This document shows positions 17,403-26,992 of a DNA stretch of 42,153 nucleotides, in pieces. The stretch lies in the sequence record SRR22947725_1947. One strand, written 5' to 3'. Under the pieces are notes generated by a model that had not been told where the DNA came from, ran no database searches, and was given only the letters and a program-made list of their open reading frames with translations. Numbering within the stretch: position 1 is the first letter of the stretch; each line of letters opens with the position of its first letter. The position numbers and the translations under genes are program-made.

Positions 17403-19463
17403 TCACTTATTTACAAGATCAGATAGAAATTGGTGGGCTTGTTCTAATCTTTGTTTTTTATCCAAAGCAATTCTTCTTTTACTTGCACTCATTTCTTCCA
17501 ATCTAGATTCGCTATAATTATCTGCTCTTTGCTTGTAATTTCTTTCCAAAATCTTGGGATCGATCGAACCTCTGCTTTTTAATCCAAGTAAATTTCGGTA
17601 ACTCTTCTCTTTATCTGTTACCTCGTCTCTGGTACGAGAATTTTCTGAAATTTCCTTAGTATTGTCATCCGAACTCTCAACTACAGCGATTGGTTCAGGT
17701 ACCTTCTTAGTAATCAAGGTTTGAAGAATGGTCATCAAATTTTGAATAGTCCAATAAAGAACCAATGCAGAGGAGAAGAAGTAGAGAAATATTAGAAACA
17801 TGAAAGGCATGAACCTCATCATTTTTGCATTTATTCGTTGGGCATCACTTAATTCAGGTCCCATTTGCATAGGATTTAATTTCATTTGAAACCACTGAGT
17901 AATCACCATTAAAATGGGCAATACATTTAATGAAAATCCTTGCACTTGAGCGACATGATCCTGTTCGGATAAATCATTAGCCCACAGAAAGCTCTGCCCG
18001 TATAGCTCTGCCGCTGATCGTAGCATCCAGAACATACCGAGGAAAATTGGGATTTGGATAAGGATAGGCCAGCAACCTGCAAAAGGGTTCACCTTATGTT
18101 CTTTATAAAACTTCATCATTTCTTGATTAAGCTTTTGCGAATTTCCTTTATGTTTCTCTCTTAATTTTGACATTGGCCCCTGCAATGACTGCATTTTTTT
18201 CTGGGATCTCGTGGCTTGTGCTGTAAGAGGCCAAAGTATTAATTTAACTAAAATAGTAAGAACTATTATAGCCAGTCCATAACTACCAAAAACTCCATGC
18301 AATTTGTTTAAGACCCAACTAAATGGTTCCGATATCCACCAAAACACTCCAAACTGCATCACTTTCTTTTGTTCATGACCTAAGGATGCAAGACCCGCAT
18401 AATCTTTGGGTCCAGCATATACATGAAGTGCAAATTCCTTGGATTCTTGAGATCTTAAAATTCCAACAGGAAATGACATCGTACCACTGACGCCTTCGAT
18501 TTCTTCCCCTTCATTTCCCTGAATCTGAATTGATTTACCGCCAATCCATGTGTTTGAAATATCACTTGTGGGCCGAATAATATTCACAAAAAACTGATTG
18601 TTCACACATGCCCATTTAGCTTTTGATAGCTTTCGTTTGTCTAGCTCGCCAGTTACTCCCATTTCATTTAGCTGAAAAAATTCCTCTTTTTCTCCATCGA
18701 TCCGCCCGCTACATTCTGCACAAGAACAACCCTCGGCCAGAGCTAAACCAGCATTATAATAACCTACGTTTAAATAAGTCGCTGCATTATCAAATGGATT
18801 GTACAAGCGAGGCATTCGAAATGCCGTTCCCAAATTAATTTTCACCCGATCCAAGGCAAGTGGATTGGTACTCAGATTTGTGAGAATTGTTTTATGATCA
18901 AATAAATAGGTGCTATTATCTTCCCTGGTATATATCCGTTCAATTTTTAAAAAATTAGCCAATTTCCATTCGTAAACAACGCTCGATCGGTCGCTTCTCA
19001 CTTTTTCATACTTACGGGGAGAAGAAAGTACTCCAGGCAACTTCCTTCCTTCCTCATCTTCAAATGAAAGCGATAGCATTGAGTCTCCAACATGCGTCAT
19101 GTTATAGTCACGACTTAATCTTGAAAACTCTTTGAGTTTAACTTCTCGAACTCCGCCTGAATGATCCGTGAATACAAGAGTAGAAAATTCGTTGGCAAGT
19201 CCTTCAAATAATTCTTCCTCTCTCTCGACCAGGGTGGGGGATGAGGGTATGTCAGATAGACTTCTATTTTGATCTGCCACTGGTTCGGAAAAAGAAGAGG
19301 GATCAAACTGAGGGGATATTCGCGTTTCACCTTGATTTCTACTGCTTGCATTTTCGTCTGTGACGATACTGTTATCAATGAGATCCTGCTGCTGCATTCC
19401 TTGTTCCCATAACAAGTAGAAAGCGAGAACAAGCATGCTTATACCAATTAGAATATTTTTCAT
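17403..19463 (-). CDS. yidC: Membrane protein insertase YidC with C-terminal extension
   Basis: N-terminal TM, large periplasmic domain, Y.GPK, YGLAIIVLTILVK, VNPFAGCWPILIQIPIF, FLW..DLS, ALVLYW; about 100 extra C-terminal residues. Confidence 0.96.
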   Translation of the reverse strand: MKNILIGISMLVLAFYLLWEQGMQQQDLIDNSIVTDENASSRNQGETRISPQFDPSSFSEPVADQNRSLSDIPSSPTLVEREEELFEGLANEFSTLVFTDHSGGVREVKLKEFSRLSRDYNMTHVGDSMLSLSFEDEEGRKLPGVLSSPRKYEKVRSDRSSVVYEWKLANFLKIERIYTREDNSTYLFDHKTILTNLSTNPLALDRVKINLGTAFRMPRLYNPFDNAATYLNVGYYNAGLALAEGCSCAECSGRIDGEKEEFFQLNEMGVTGELDKRKLSKAKWACVNNQFFVNIIRPTSDISNTWIGGKSIQIQGNEGEEIEGVSGTMSFPVGILRSQESKEFALHVYAGPKDYAGLASLGHEQKKVMQFGVFWWISEPFSWVLNKLHGVFGSYGLAIIVLTILVKLILWPLTAQATRSQKKMQSLQGPMSKLREKHKGNSQKLNQEMMKFYKEHKVNPFAGCWPILIQIPIFLGMFWMLRSAAELYGQSFLWANDLSEQDHVAQVQGFSLNVLPILMVITQWFQMKLNPMQMGPELSDAQRINAKMMRFMPFMFLIFLYFFSSALVLYWTIQNLMTILQTLITKKVPEPIAVVESSDDNTKEISENSRTRDEVTDKEKSYRNLLGLKSRGSIDPKILERNYKQRADNYSESRLEEMSASKRRIALDKKQRLEQAHQFLSDLVNK

Positions 19464-19466
19464 TAC

Positions 19467-19823
19467 TTAAAAAATTGTTTTTTGTATCGCTTTTAAAATT
19501 CGTTTTTCGGTTTCCTCAAAAGAGAAAGAAAATAAAGCAGGTCTGGGCAGAACTACAACTTGTGAACCTTTGGGAAAAAAATGGATGTTTTTTCGAAAAA
19601 TCTCCCGAAACCTCCTCTTTGCTTGATTTCTCATAATTGCTCCACCATAACGGCGGGAAGCAATAATTCCTAGCTTAGGCAATTCGTTGGATGCCGAATT
19701 GCTTGCTAGTTGAAACCAAAAAGCTTGATCTCGGTATCTCTTTCCGTTCTTTTTCACAAATTGAAACTGCCAAGATTTCCGCAAGCGCATTGATTGCGAA
19801 TAGCATTGTTCCTTTAAATTCAA
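19467..19823 (-). CDS. rnpA: Ribonuclease P protein component
   Basis: RLRK..QFQ.V, KLGIIASRR.G.AI.RN.AKRR.RE (RNR motif); lies between rpmH and yidC; TTG start. Confidence 0.93.
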   Translation of the reverse strand: MNLKEQCYSQSMRLRKSWQFQFVKKNGKRYRDQAFWFQLASNSASNELPKLGIIASRRYGGAIMRNQAKRRFREIFRKNIHFFPKGSQVVVLPRPALFSFSFEETEKRILKAIQKTIF

Positions 19824-19844
19824 AGAAACTAAAGAGAATTTGAG

Positions 19845-20000
19845 TTAGCGAAATCGACGAGGTACGGAAGCAGTTAGGCTGGCTCTTCCCTTACGGCGCC
19901 TGTTTCTCAAAACTTTACGACCGGCACTAGTTTGGTTGCGTTTACGAAAGCCAAATTTACGTGCTCGACGCAGCTTGGATGGATTGTAGGTAGGTTTCAT
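19845..20000 (-). CDS. rpmH: 50S ribosomal protein L34 (absent from the ORF track)
   Basis: Manual translation [51 protein letters not shown] (51 aa), immediately upstream of rnpA. Confidence 0.97.
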   Translation of the reverse strand: MKPTYNPSKLRRARKFGFRKRNQTSAGRKVLRNRRRKGRASLTASVPRRFR

Positions 20001-20015
20001 TAGAAAAAAACCCCT

Positions 20016-20043
20016 AGAATAGAGTAATGAGGTCTAAAGTCAA
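20016..20043 (-). promoter_or_regulatory. Putative promoter of rpmH-rnpA-yidC
   Basis: Minus strand TTGACT-N16-TATTCT, 15 nt upstream of the rpmH ATG. Confidence 0.5.
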
Positions 20044-20077
20044 ACCTTCACAATTATAACTTATAAATCATTTGATC

Positions 20078-20105
20078 TTGCCGAAAATCATTTTTCAAGT
20101 ATTAT
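20078..20105 (+). promoter_or_regulatory. Putative promoter of tRNA-Glu
   Basis: TTGCCG-N16-TATTAT, 10 nt upstream of the mature tRNA. Confidence 0.5.
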
Positions 20106-20115
20106 GAATAGCGTT

Positions 20116-20192
<77 letters not shown>

Positions 20193-20241
20193 TTTAACTT
20201 GTGTAGCTTGACTGTTCTGAAACTACACCTAAATATTAAAA

Positions 20242-23200
20242 ATGGCTTCTCAACATTCCCCAATTCAAGTACTTGGTGCGACGGAAAATAATCTTAAAGG
20301 GATTAATCTAGAATTACTGCCAGGGCAACTGATTGTATTTACTGGCTTAAGTGGTGCAGGGAAATCAACACTCTTATTTGATGTTCTACATGCGGAAGGG
20401 CAACGAAAGTATGTAGAAACCTTTAGCCCATATGTGCGTCAATTCCTTGAAACCCTGCAAAGGCCGGAAGTAGAATCAATTAAAAATATCAGGCCGTCTA
20501 TTGCAGTTGAGCAAAAAAATACTATTAGGAATTCACGATCGACGATTGGTACGATGACAGAACTTTGCGATTATTTCAAAGTGTGGTTTTCTCAAGTTGC
20601 CCGCTTTATTGATCCAGATTCTGGAAATGTCCTTCAGCACGAAACTTCTCAATCACAAGCCGCTAAGCTAACAAAGAAAAAAGACTCCCAATTCATTGTT
20701 GGTTTTATTGCGGTAAGACCGGAAAAACTTCCCTCGAAAGATTTCCTTACTTTCTTGATACAGGCGGGACATGCTCGTGGCTTGCACGAAAATAAATTCC
20801 TACACTTAGAAGATATAATGAATTCCGATTGGAATAAAAATGAAATCTTTGTGGTCGTGGATCGTATTGATACTCAAAAGGACAATAAATCTAGGCTCAT
20901 AGAGGCCATTTCACTTTCGATCAAGCATGGTCATGGCTTGGGCCAAGTAAGGGATCATTCGGGGAATTTGCTCAACCTGATCTACGAGGGACTTCGATCT
21001 CCCGAAAGTGGACGAAAATTTCCGGCAGCACATCCCTCCGCCTTTTCATTTAATTCACCAGTTGGAGCATGTGCAAAATGTAAAGGGTTTGGCCGAATTA
21101 TAGAAATTGACCCCACTCTTGTTATTCCAGACCAAACATTATCAATTGTTGAGGGAGCGGTAAAAGCTTTTTCAGGAAAGGTATATGGTCACTGTCAGGA
21201 CGAACTAATACAAGCCTGTAAAGATAAGAAGATTCCCACAAATACCGCATGGAAGAGTCTTACCAAAAAGCAAAAGAATTATATTTGGCAGGGCGATCCA
21301 ACCTATTCTGAAGGAAGCCAGAAGTGGCACGGAATTGATGCATTTTTTAAATGGATAGAAAAGAAAACTTATAAAATGCATGTTCGGGTCTTTCTTTCAA
21401 AGTACAGAGGATATTTTAATTGTCCAGGCTGTCAGGGAAATCGGCTCAAAGAAGATTCGCTCCATTGGAAATGGAAAAGCTTTTCATTACCAGATCTCTA
21501 TCGCATGCCCATTGATGAACTTTTTAAAAAGATTTCAACCTACAAACTGACTGGTGATCCAAAATCCGATCTCGCAATTGAAAGTATCCAGGCAAGACTC
21601 TCATACCTTCAGGATGTAGGACTTGGTTATTTAAGCTTAGATCGTACCGCTAAAAGCTTAAGTGGCGGAGAGACTCAACGGGTTAATTTAACTGCCTGCC
21701 TAGGAGCTTCTTTAACAGATACGCTTTTTGCCTTAGACGAACCGACCATTGGGCTCCACGGAACAGATATCCACAAACTAATTTCAATACTGAGGGCACT
21801 AGCAGATGCAGGGAATTGCGTTTGTGTGGTGGAACATGATGAACAAATAATTAACGCAGCAGACAAGGTTTTTGAAATTGGACCACTTCCGGGAACAAAA
21901 GGTGGAGAAATTTCTTTTGAAGGAACAGTCGCACAGCTCCACCAATCCGAAAGTTCCATCACAGGGCATTGGCTTAATCACGATTACATCCCTGCCTTTT
22001 TAAGCAGTGCTAAAAGGAAAGTTCGTGCGAAAGATCCTTTTTTGCATATTAAAAATGCATCGTCTAATAACATTCAAAATTTAAGCACTCAATTACCCCT
22101 TTCTAAACTTGTGTGCATTGCCGGAGTTTCAGGCTCAGGAAAATCCACACTTCTGCACGATATTATTTATGCCGGGATGGTAAATCCGACCCAAGACATA
22201 AATGTAAAAAGCGACCTAGTATTTGATGAAGTTGTTGTAATTGACCAAAGTTCAGTGGTGCGATCACCCAGATCAAACCCAGTTTTATATTCCGACGCTT
22301 GGAGCCCGATCAAAGAAGCTTTTGGAAGAACAGAATCTGCAAAAAGACTTGGCTTCTCCGCAAGCGATTTCTCGTTTAATGCCGGTAATGGAAGATGTGA
22401 AGTTTGTGCCGGACTGGGATATGAAATAGTCGAAATGCAATTTCTATCAGATGTTCAAATTCCATGCAGTCATTGCCATGGCAAACGGTTTAAAGAGGAA
22501 ATCCTAACGATTCAATTAGATGGATTAAATGTTTTGGAAACATTAAATTTAACAATAGAAGATGCAGTTCTACGCTTTGAACACTTTCCCAAAACCAAAC
22601 GAAAATTAAGTTCATTAAAAAAAGTTGGTCTAGGGTACTTAACCCTGGGCCAACCATTAAATACCCTCTCAGGAGGAGAATCCCAGCGCTTAAAGTTAGT
22701 TAAATATATGACAACATTAAAGAAGGGAGTTCTCCCTTCTTTACTCATCATTGACGAACCCACTACTGGTCTACACCTGGAGGATGTAAAGCAACTCATG
22801 AAAAGCCTACAGGAAATCGTGGAAAGCGGGCATAGCCTTCTCATTGTTGAACACCATACCCATGTTCTAGCACAAGCGGACTGGATTTTAGAAATGGGAC
22901 CAGGTTCGGGAAAGCAAGGAGGGCAGATGATTGCCTCTTCAACTCCCGCGAAATTGTCAAAACTAAGTACTCCTACTGGCTCTCTCTTAAAAAAGAAAAC
23001 GAAAGTAAAACTAAGATCGATTCAAGAAAAGGGGAATAAAGCAAGGAAGTCTTGTAATTTTCTAGAAATTGAAGGTGCACGAGAAAATAATCTTCAAAAC
23101 ATATCCCTTCAAATCCCCACCAATCAATTTGTTGTAATTACTGGCCCCTCAGGTTCAGGAAAATCCTCACTCGCATTCGATGTTATTTTCGCAGAAGGGC

Positions 23201-25662
23201 AAAGAAGATTTATGGAGTCGATGTCATCCTATGCTCGCCAATTTGTTGAACAACTTGGTAAGCCTGCAGTAGATCGAATATCTGGAATTTCCCCCACAGT
23301 CGCAATCGAGCAAAGAGTTACCAGAGGGACAAAGAAATCCACAGTTGGTTCGATTACTGAAGTGGCACAATTTCTTAGATTATTGTATGCCCGTGTTGGA
23401 ACCCAATTAAGCGTTCAAGATGGCAATCCTTTATCCATCGCAAGTGAAACTGAAATCGCGGATCAAATTGAAAAAATTATACGGCTTAAAAAACCGACAA
23501 AGAAGGCACCCCTTTTTCTTTTAGCTCCATTAATTACGAGCAGAAAGGGGCATCATAAGCCAATCGTAAATTGGGCGAGAGAAAAAGGATATGATTTTGT
23601 AAGATGTGACGGCCAGTTTCTACATACAAACGGGTTTGAAGGATTGGATAGATACCGCCTGCATAATGTTGAAGTTCTATTAGAAGAATGGAATTCTATT
23701 CCTGATCGAAATACGATTCGACAAAGCGTACATCAATCTCTTCAGATGGGAAATGGCAGAAGCCTTGTTGCTTCATTAAATGACGAAACAAGTATTTGGT
23801 ATTCGACCTCTCGTGTGGATTCATCCAACGGTGAATCTTACCCCGAATTAGAACCAAGTTTATTATCGTGGAATTCCGCGAGAGGGTGGTGTCCATTTTG
23901 TAAGGGCTATGGTAAAATTTTCCAATGGATGAAAGACGATTTACCAGCAACTGGTAATTGGTGGAAAATGGAGGATGGAGAAAAATGCAAAGACTGCAAA
24001 GGAGAACGACTTAATGTAATCAGTCGGAATGTAGTTTTATATGGAGCTGAAAAAAAGAAAATATCTTTTCCACATTTACTCGATCTCACCCCTAATGAAA
24101 TTATAGTATTTCTAAATAACATACAACTCCCACAAAGACTACAGTCAGTTGCCAATGCGATTATACCAGAAATAATAGAAAGACTAAAATTCATGACCCG
24201 AGTCGGACTAGATTACCTCTCTCTTAACCGAGAAACGGCCTCTTTGTCGGGAGGGGAAGCACAAAGAATTAGATTAGCGGCTCAACTTGGATCAAATCTT
24301 TCAGGGGTTTTATATGTTTTGGACGAGCCATCAATTGGGCTACATCCAAAAGACAACCAAAAACTCTTACATTCCTTACGGGATTTACAATCCCGTGGAA
24401 ACTCATTACTCGTGGTCGAACACGATCCGGAAACAATTCAGCAAGCGGATTACCTAATTGATATTGGACCAGAAGCTGGACGAGAGGGTGGCAAAATTGT
24501 CGGAGAAGGAAAACCAGCCGAAGTATCAAAAATAGAGGGATCCTCAACAGCTCAATACATGCGAGAAGGTATCGTACATCCGATGCTTGGCAAATGGCGA
24601 AAACTAAGATCAAAAGTTAATTATTTAAAAAATAAAAACTGGATAAAAGTAGAAAAAGTTAATTTTAGAAATCTTATCAATTTCTCCATCGAAATTCCCA
24701 CCGAAAGATTATCGGTATGTTGCGGAGTTTCTGGATCAGGAAAATCGAGCTTTGTGAGAGGCTTTCTCTTCCAAGCAATAAAGCAGGCAGTTTTAGAAAA
24801 TTCAAAGGATCTAATTTTGGGTAATGGAAGAATTAAAAACGGAAATATTTTTAATAAAGCAATTGAAGTAACCCAGAGCCCAATCGGGAAAACTACGCGG
24901 TCTACTCCCGCGACCTATTTAGGCGTATGGGATAAAATACGCACAATGATATCATTATTACCAGAAGCAAAAGCAAGAGGGTATCCACCTGGACATTTTT
25001 CATTTAATGTTAAAGGAGGTAGATGTGAGGTTTGTAAAGGAGCAGGTAGAATAAAAGTAGAAATGAGCTTCTTACCCAATTCATTTGTAAAGTGCTCAGA
25101 ATGTAATGGTAAACGATACAAAGAAGAAATACTTGGATTATTTTGGAAAGGTAAGAATATATCGGATATCCTAGATTTTACATTTGAAGAAGCGGCTTAC
25201 TTTTTTAAATTCGATAACTACCTTCATCAAACGTTTTCACTTATGATTGAAACCGGACTGGGGTACATTAAACTCGGCCAAATTTCTCCAACATTATCAG
25301 GGGGAGAAGCACAAAGGTTAAAATTAGCGGCCGAATTAGCTCATGGTATAGATAAGCAAAAGCATAAAAATCTAAGGAGAAGTAAACCAACCCTTTATAT
25401 ACTCGAAGAACCAACTATTGGGCTGCATACATTAGACTGTAAAAAACTGATATTATTACTTCATCGCCTAGTTGATGAAGGAAACACCGTGATTGTAATT
25501 GAACACGATACCGACATTGTAGCAGAGGCAGATTTTCTTTTCGAACTTGGACCAACTGGTGGTCAGAATGGGGGGGAATTACTTTACAAAGGTAACACTT
25601 CTGGAATATTAAATTGTGATGCGAGCATGACTGCTCCCTTTCTCAGAAAGATTTTAGATTAA
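20242..25662 (+). CDS. uvrA: Excinuclease ABC subunit A, double-length (two UvrA units fused, four ABC domains)
   Basis: Two GA.ENNL starts (the second near 23070); four Walker A motifs (GLSGAGKS, GVSGSGKS, GPSGSGKS, GVSGSGKS); four LSGGE signatures; FSFN...GRC..C zinc fingers. Confidence 0.96.
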   Translation: MASQHSPIQVLGATENNLKGINLELLPGQLIVFTGLSGAGKSTLLFDVLHAEGQRKYVETFSPYVRQFLETLQRPEVESIKNIRPSIAVEQKNTIRNSRSTIGTMTELCDYFKVWFSQVARFIDPDSGNVLQHETSQSQAAKLTKKKDSQFIVGFIAVRPEKLPSKDFLTFLIQAGHARGLHENKFLHLEDIMNSDWNKNEIFVVVDRIDTQKDNKSRLIEAISLSIKHGHGLGQVRDHSGNLLNLIYEGLRSPESGRKFPAAHPSAFSFNSPVGACAKCKGFGRIIEIDPTLVIPDQTLSIVEGAVKAFSGKVYGHCQDELIQACKDKKIPTNTAWKSLTKKQKNYIWQGDPTYSEGSQKWHGIDAFFKWIEKKTYKMHVRVFLSKYRGYFNCPGCQGNRLKEDSLHWKWKSFSLPDLYRMPIDELFKKISTYKLTGDPKSDLAIESIQARLSYLQDVGLGYLSLDRTAKSLSGGETQRVNLTACLGASLTDTLFALDEPTIGLHGTDIHKLISILRALADAGNCVCVVEHDEQIINAADKVFEIGPLPGTKGGEISFEGTVAQLHQSESSITGHWLNHDYIPAFLSSAKRKVRAKDPFLHIKNASSNNIQNLSTQLPLSKLVCIAGVSGSGKSTLLHDIIYAGMVNPTQDINVKSDLVFDEVVVIDQSSVVRSPRSNPVLYSDAWSPIKEAFGRTESAKRLGFSASDFSFNAGNGRCEVCAGLGYEIVEMQFLSDVQIPCSHCHGKRFKEEILTIQLDGLNVLETLNLTIEDAVLRFEHFPKTKRKLSSLKKVGLGYLTLGQPLNTLSGGESQRLKLVKYMTTLKKGVLPSLLIIDEPTTGLHLEDVKQLMKSLQEIVESGHSLLIVEHHTHVLAQADWILEMGPGSGKQGGQMIASSTPAKLSKLSTPTGSLLKKKTKVKLRSIQEKGNKARKSCNFLEIEGARENNLQNISLQIPTNQFVVITGPSGSGKSSLAFDVIFAEGQRRFMESMSSYARQFVEQLGKPAVDRISGISPTVAIEQRVTRGTKKSTVGSITEVAQFLRLLYARVGTQLSVQDGNPLSIASETEIADQIEKIIRLKKPTKKAPLFLLAPLITSRKGHHKPIVNWAREKGYDFVRCDGQFLHTNGFEGLDRYRLHNVEVLLEEWNSIPDRNTIRQSVHQSLQMGNGRSLVASLNDETSIWYSTSRVDSSNGESYPELEPSLLSWNSARGWCPFCKGYGKIFQWMKDDLPATGNWWKMEDGEKCKDCKGERLNVISRNVVLYGAEKKKISFPHLLDLTPNEIIVFLNNIQLPQRLQSVANAIIPEIIERLKFMTRVGLDYLSLNRETASLSGGEAQRIRLAAQLGSNLSGVLYVLDEPSIGLHPKDNQKLLHSLRDLQSRGNSLLVVEHDPETIQQADYLIDIGPEAGREGGKIVGEGKPAEVSKIEGSSTAQYMREGIVHPMLGKWRKLRSKVNYLKNKNWIKVEKVNFRNLINFSIEIPTERLSVCCGVSGSGKSSFVRGFLFQAIKQAVLENSKDLILGNGRIKNGNIFNKAIEVTQSPIGKTTRSTPATYLGVWDKIRTMISLLPEAKARGYPPGHFSFNVKGGRCEVCKGAGRIKVEMSFLPNSFVKCSECNGKRYKEEILGLFWKGKNISDILDFTFEEAAYFFKFDNYLHQTFSLMIETGLGYIKLGQISPTLSGGEAQRLKLAAELAHGIDKQKHKNLRRSKPTLYILEEPTIGLHTLDCKKLILLLHRLVDEGNTVIVIEHDTDIVAEADFLFELGPTGGQNGGELLYKGNTSGILNCDASMTAPFLRKILD

Positions 25663-26843
25663 GAAACAACCCGAAAGAAGATTTTTTTTCCTGCTTTCAC
25701 CACCACTGCAGAGTCTGCTTTTTCCAAAGTGATTATATCCTCGGACTTCATCACTTTTTGTCCATCAATTTTAATTGCTCCCTGCTGAATTAATCGTCGA
25801 ATTTGTCCCTTAGATTCAAAAATGTTTGAATTATTCAAAATATTTAAAACACTTGGTGACTCATCGGAACGAAGTAGTTCTGAAATCGAGTAGGAATCCA
25901 TTTCGTCCGGATTTTCTCGCTGAGTAAAAACACTGGAAAAAGAGTTTTTTTCACTTTCTGCTATACTAGAACTATAAAAAAGTGCGGTTAATTCCTCAGC
26001 TAATTTCTTTTTTGTTTCCATAGGATGATTCTTTTTTAACTCTTCAATTTCCTCTGTATCCCTTATCAGTAGAAGCTTATAATAGTCCCACATCGTTTCA
26101 TCTGAAATCGACATCGTTTTGCCAAAGATATCTTTTGAACTATCATTAAACGCAATATAGTTATCATAACTTTTAGACATCTTTTTTGATCCGTCCAAGC
26201 CAACCAGTAAGGGCATAGTTAAAACGGCTTGTGGATCCACTCCCTTATCCTTTTGTAATGTTCTACCCACCAACATATTGAATAATTGATCAGAACCACC
26301 AATCTCCACATCAGATTCCAAAACAACAGAATCATAACCTTGGATTAATGGATACATAAATTCCACCATTGAAATAGGCTGATTATTTTTAAACCTTTTC
26401 TCAAAATCATCGCGTTCAAGCATTCTTGCTACAGTCATTTTTCTAGACAAAGAGAGGGCTTCAGCAAAATCCATTTTGGTAAACCATTCACTATTCCTTC
26501 TTACCGTTGTCTTGTTGGGGTCAATAATTCGAAAAGCTTGCTCTAGATAAGTTTTTGCATTCTCGCTCACCTCGCTTTCTGTTAATTCCGGGCGTAAATC
26601 CGATCGCCCGCTTGGGTCACCGATCCTTGCAGTATAATCTCCGATTAGTAAAATTGCTTCATGGCCATCATCCTGAAACTGCTTTAATTTGTTAAATACC
26701 ACCAAGTGACCAAAAGTAAGATCGGGTCTAGTCGGATCTACTCCGAATTTGATTTTCAGCTTTTGTCCACTAGAGATTTTTTTAGCGAATTCTTCTTCTC
26801 CAATTACTATTTCGGTATTTATTAACAATTCTTTCACACTCAT
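25659..26843 (-). CDS. tyrS: Tyrosine--tRNA ligase
   Basis: GVDPT.PDL..GH, IGDPSGR, YPLIQGYD, GG.DQ.FN, KMSKS, C-terminal S4 domain. Start placed at MSVKELL (the ORF track extends to 26879). Confidence 0.96.
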   Translation of the reverse strand: MSVKELLINTEIVIGEEEFAKKISSGQKLKIKFGVDPTRPDLTFGHLVVFNKLKQFQDDGHEAILLIGDYTARIGDPSGRSDLRPELTESEVSENAKTYLEQAFRIIDPNKTTVRRNSEWFTKMDFAEALSLSRKMTVARMLERDDFEKRFKNNQPISMVEFMYPLIQGYDSVVLESDVEIGGSDQLFNMLVGRTLQKDKGVDPQAVLTMPLLVGLDGSKKMSKSYDNYIAFNDSSKDIFGKTMSISDETMWDYYKLLLIRDTEEIEELKKNHPMETKKKLAEELTALFYSSSIAESEKNSFSSVFTQRENPDEMDSYSISELLRSDESPSVLNILNNSNIFESKGQIRRLIQQGAIKIDGQKVMKSEDIITLEKADSAVVVKAGKKIFFRVVS

Positions 26844-26992
26844 AAAGTTATAAATTATAAGGACTGATTTCATAATCATCGAGCGTAGAATATTAATTCT
26901 TTTTTATTCTACACGAATTCCTCTTGCTTTCGTCGTATAGTCCGTTACCTAATTTAAGTCTATTTATTCACCCTAAAATTGAAGAAATTGCC

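Noticed and set aside
18711-18728. YidD fused inside YidC as the source of the Cys motif
   Set aside because: CSCAEC does not match the YidD pattern (CRFxPTCS...RCxP) and lies in the periplasmic domain.
20201-20228. Possible Verrucomicrobia LexA box (TGTTC-N4-GAACA) upstream of uvrA
   Set aside because: Only the TGTTC half is present and the second half reads ACTAC. The surrounding GTGTAG...CTACAC repeat is only 6 bp.
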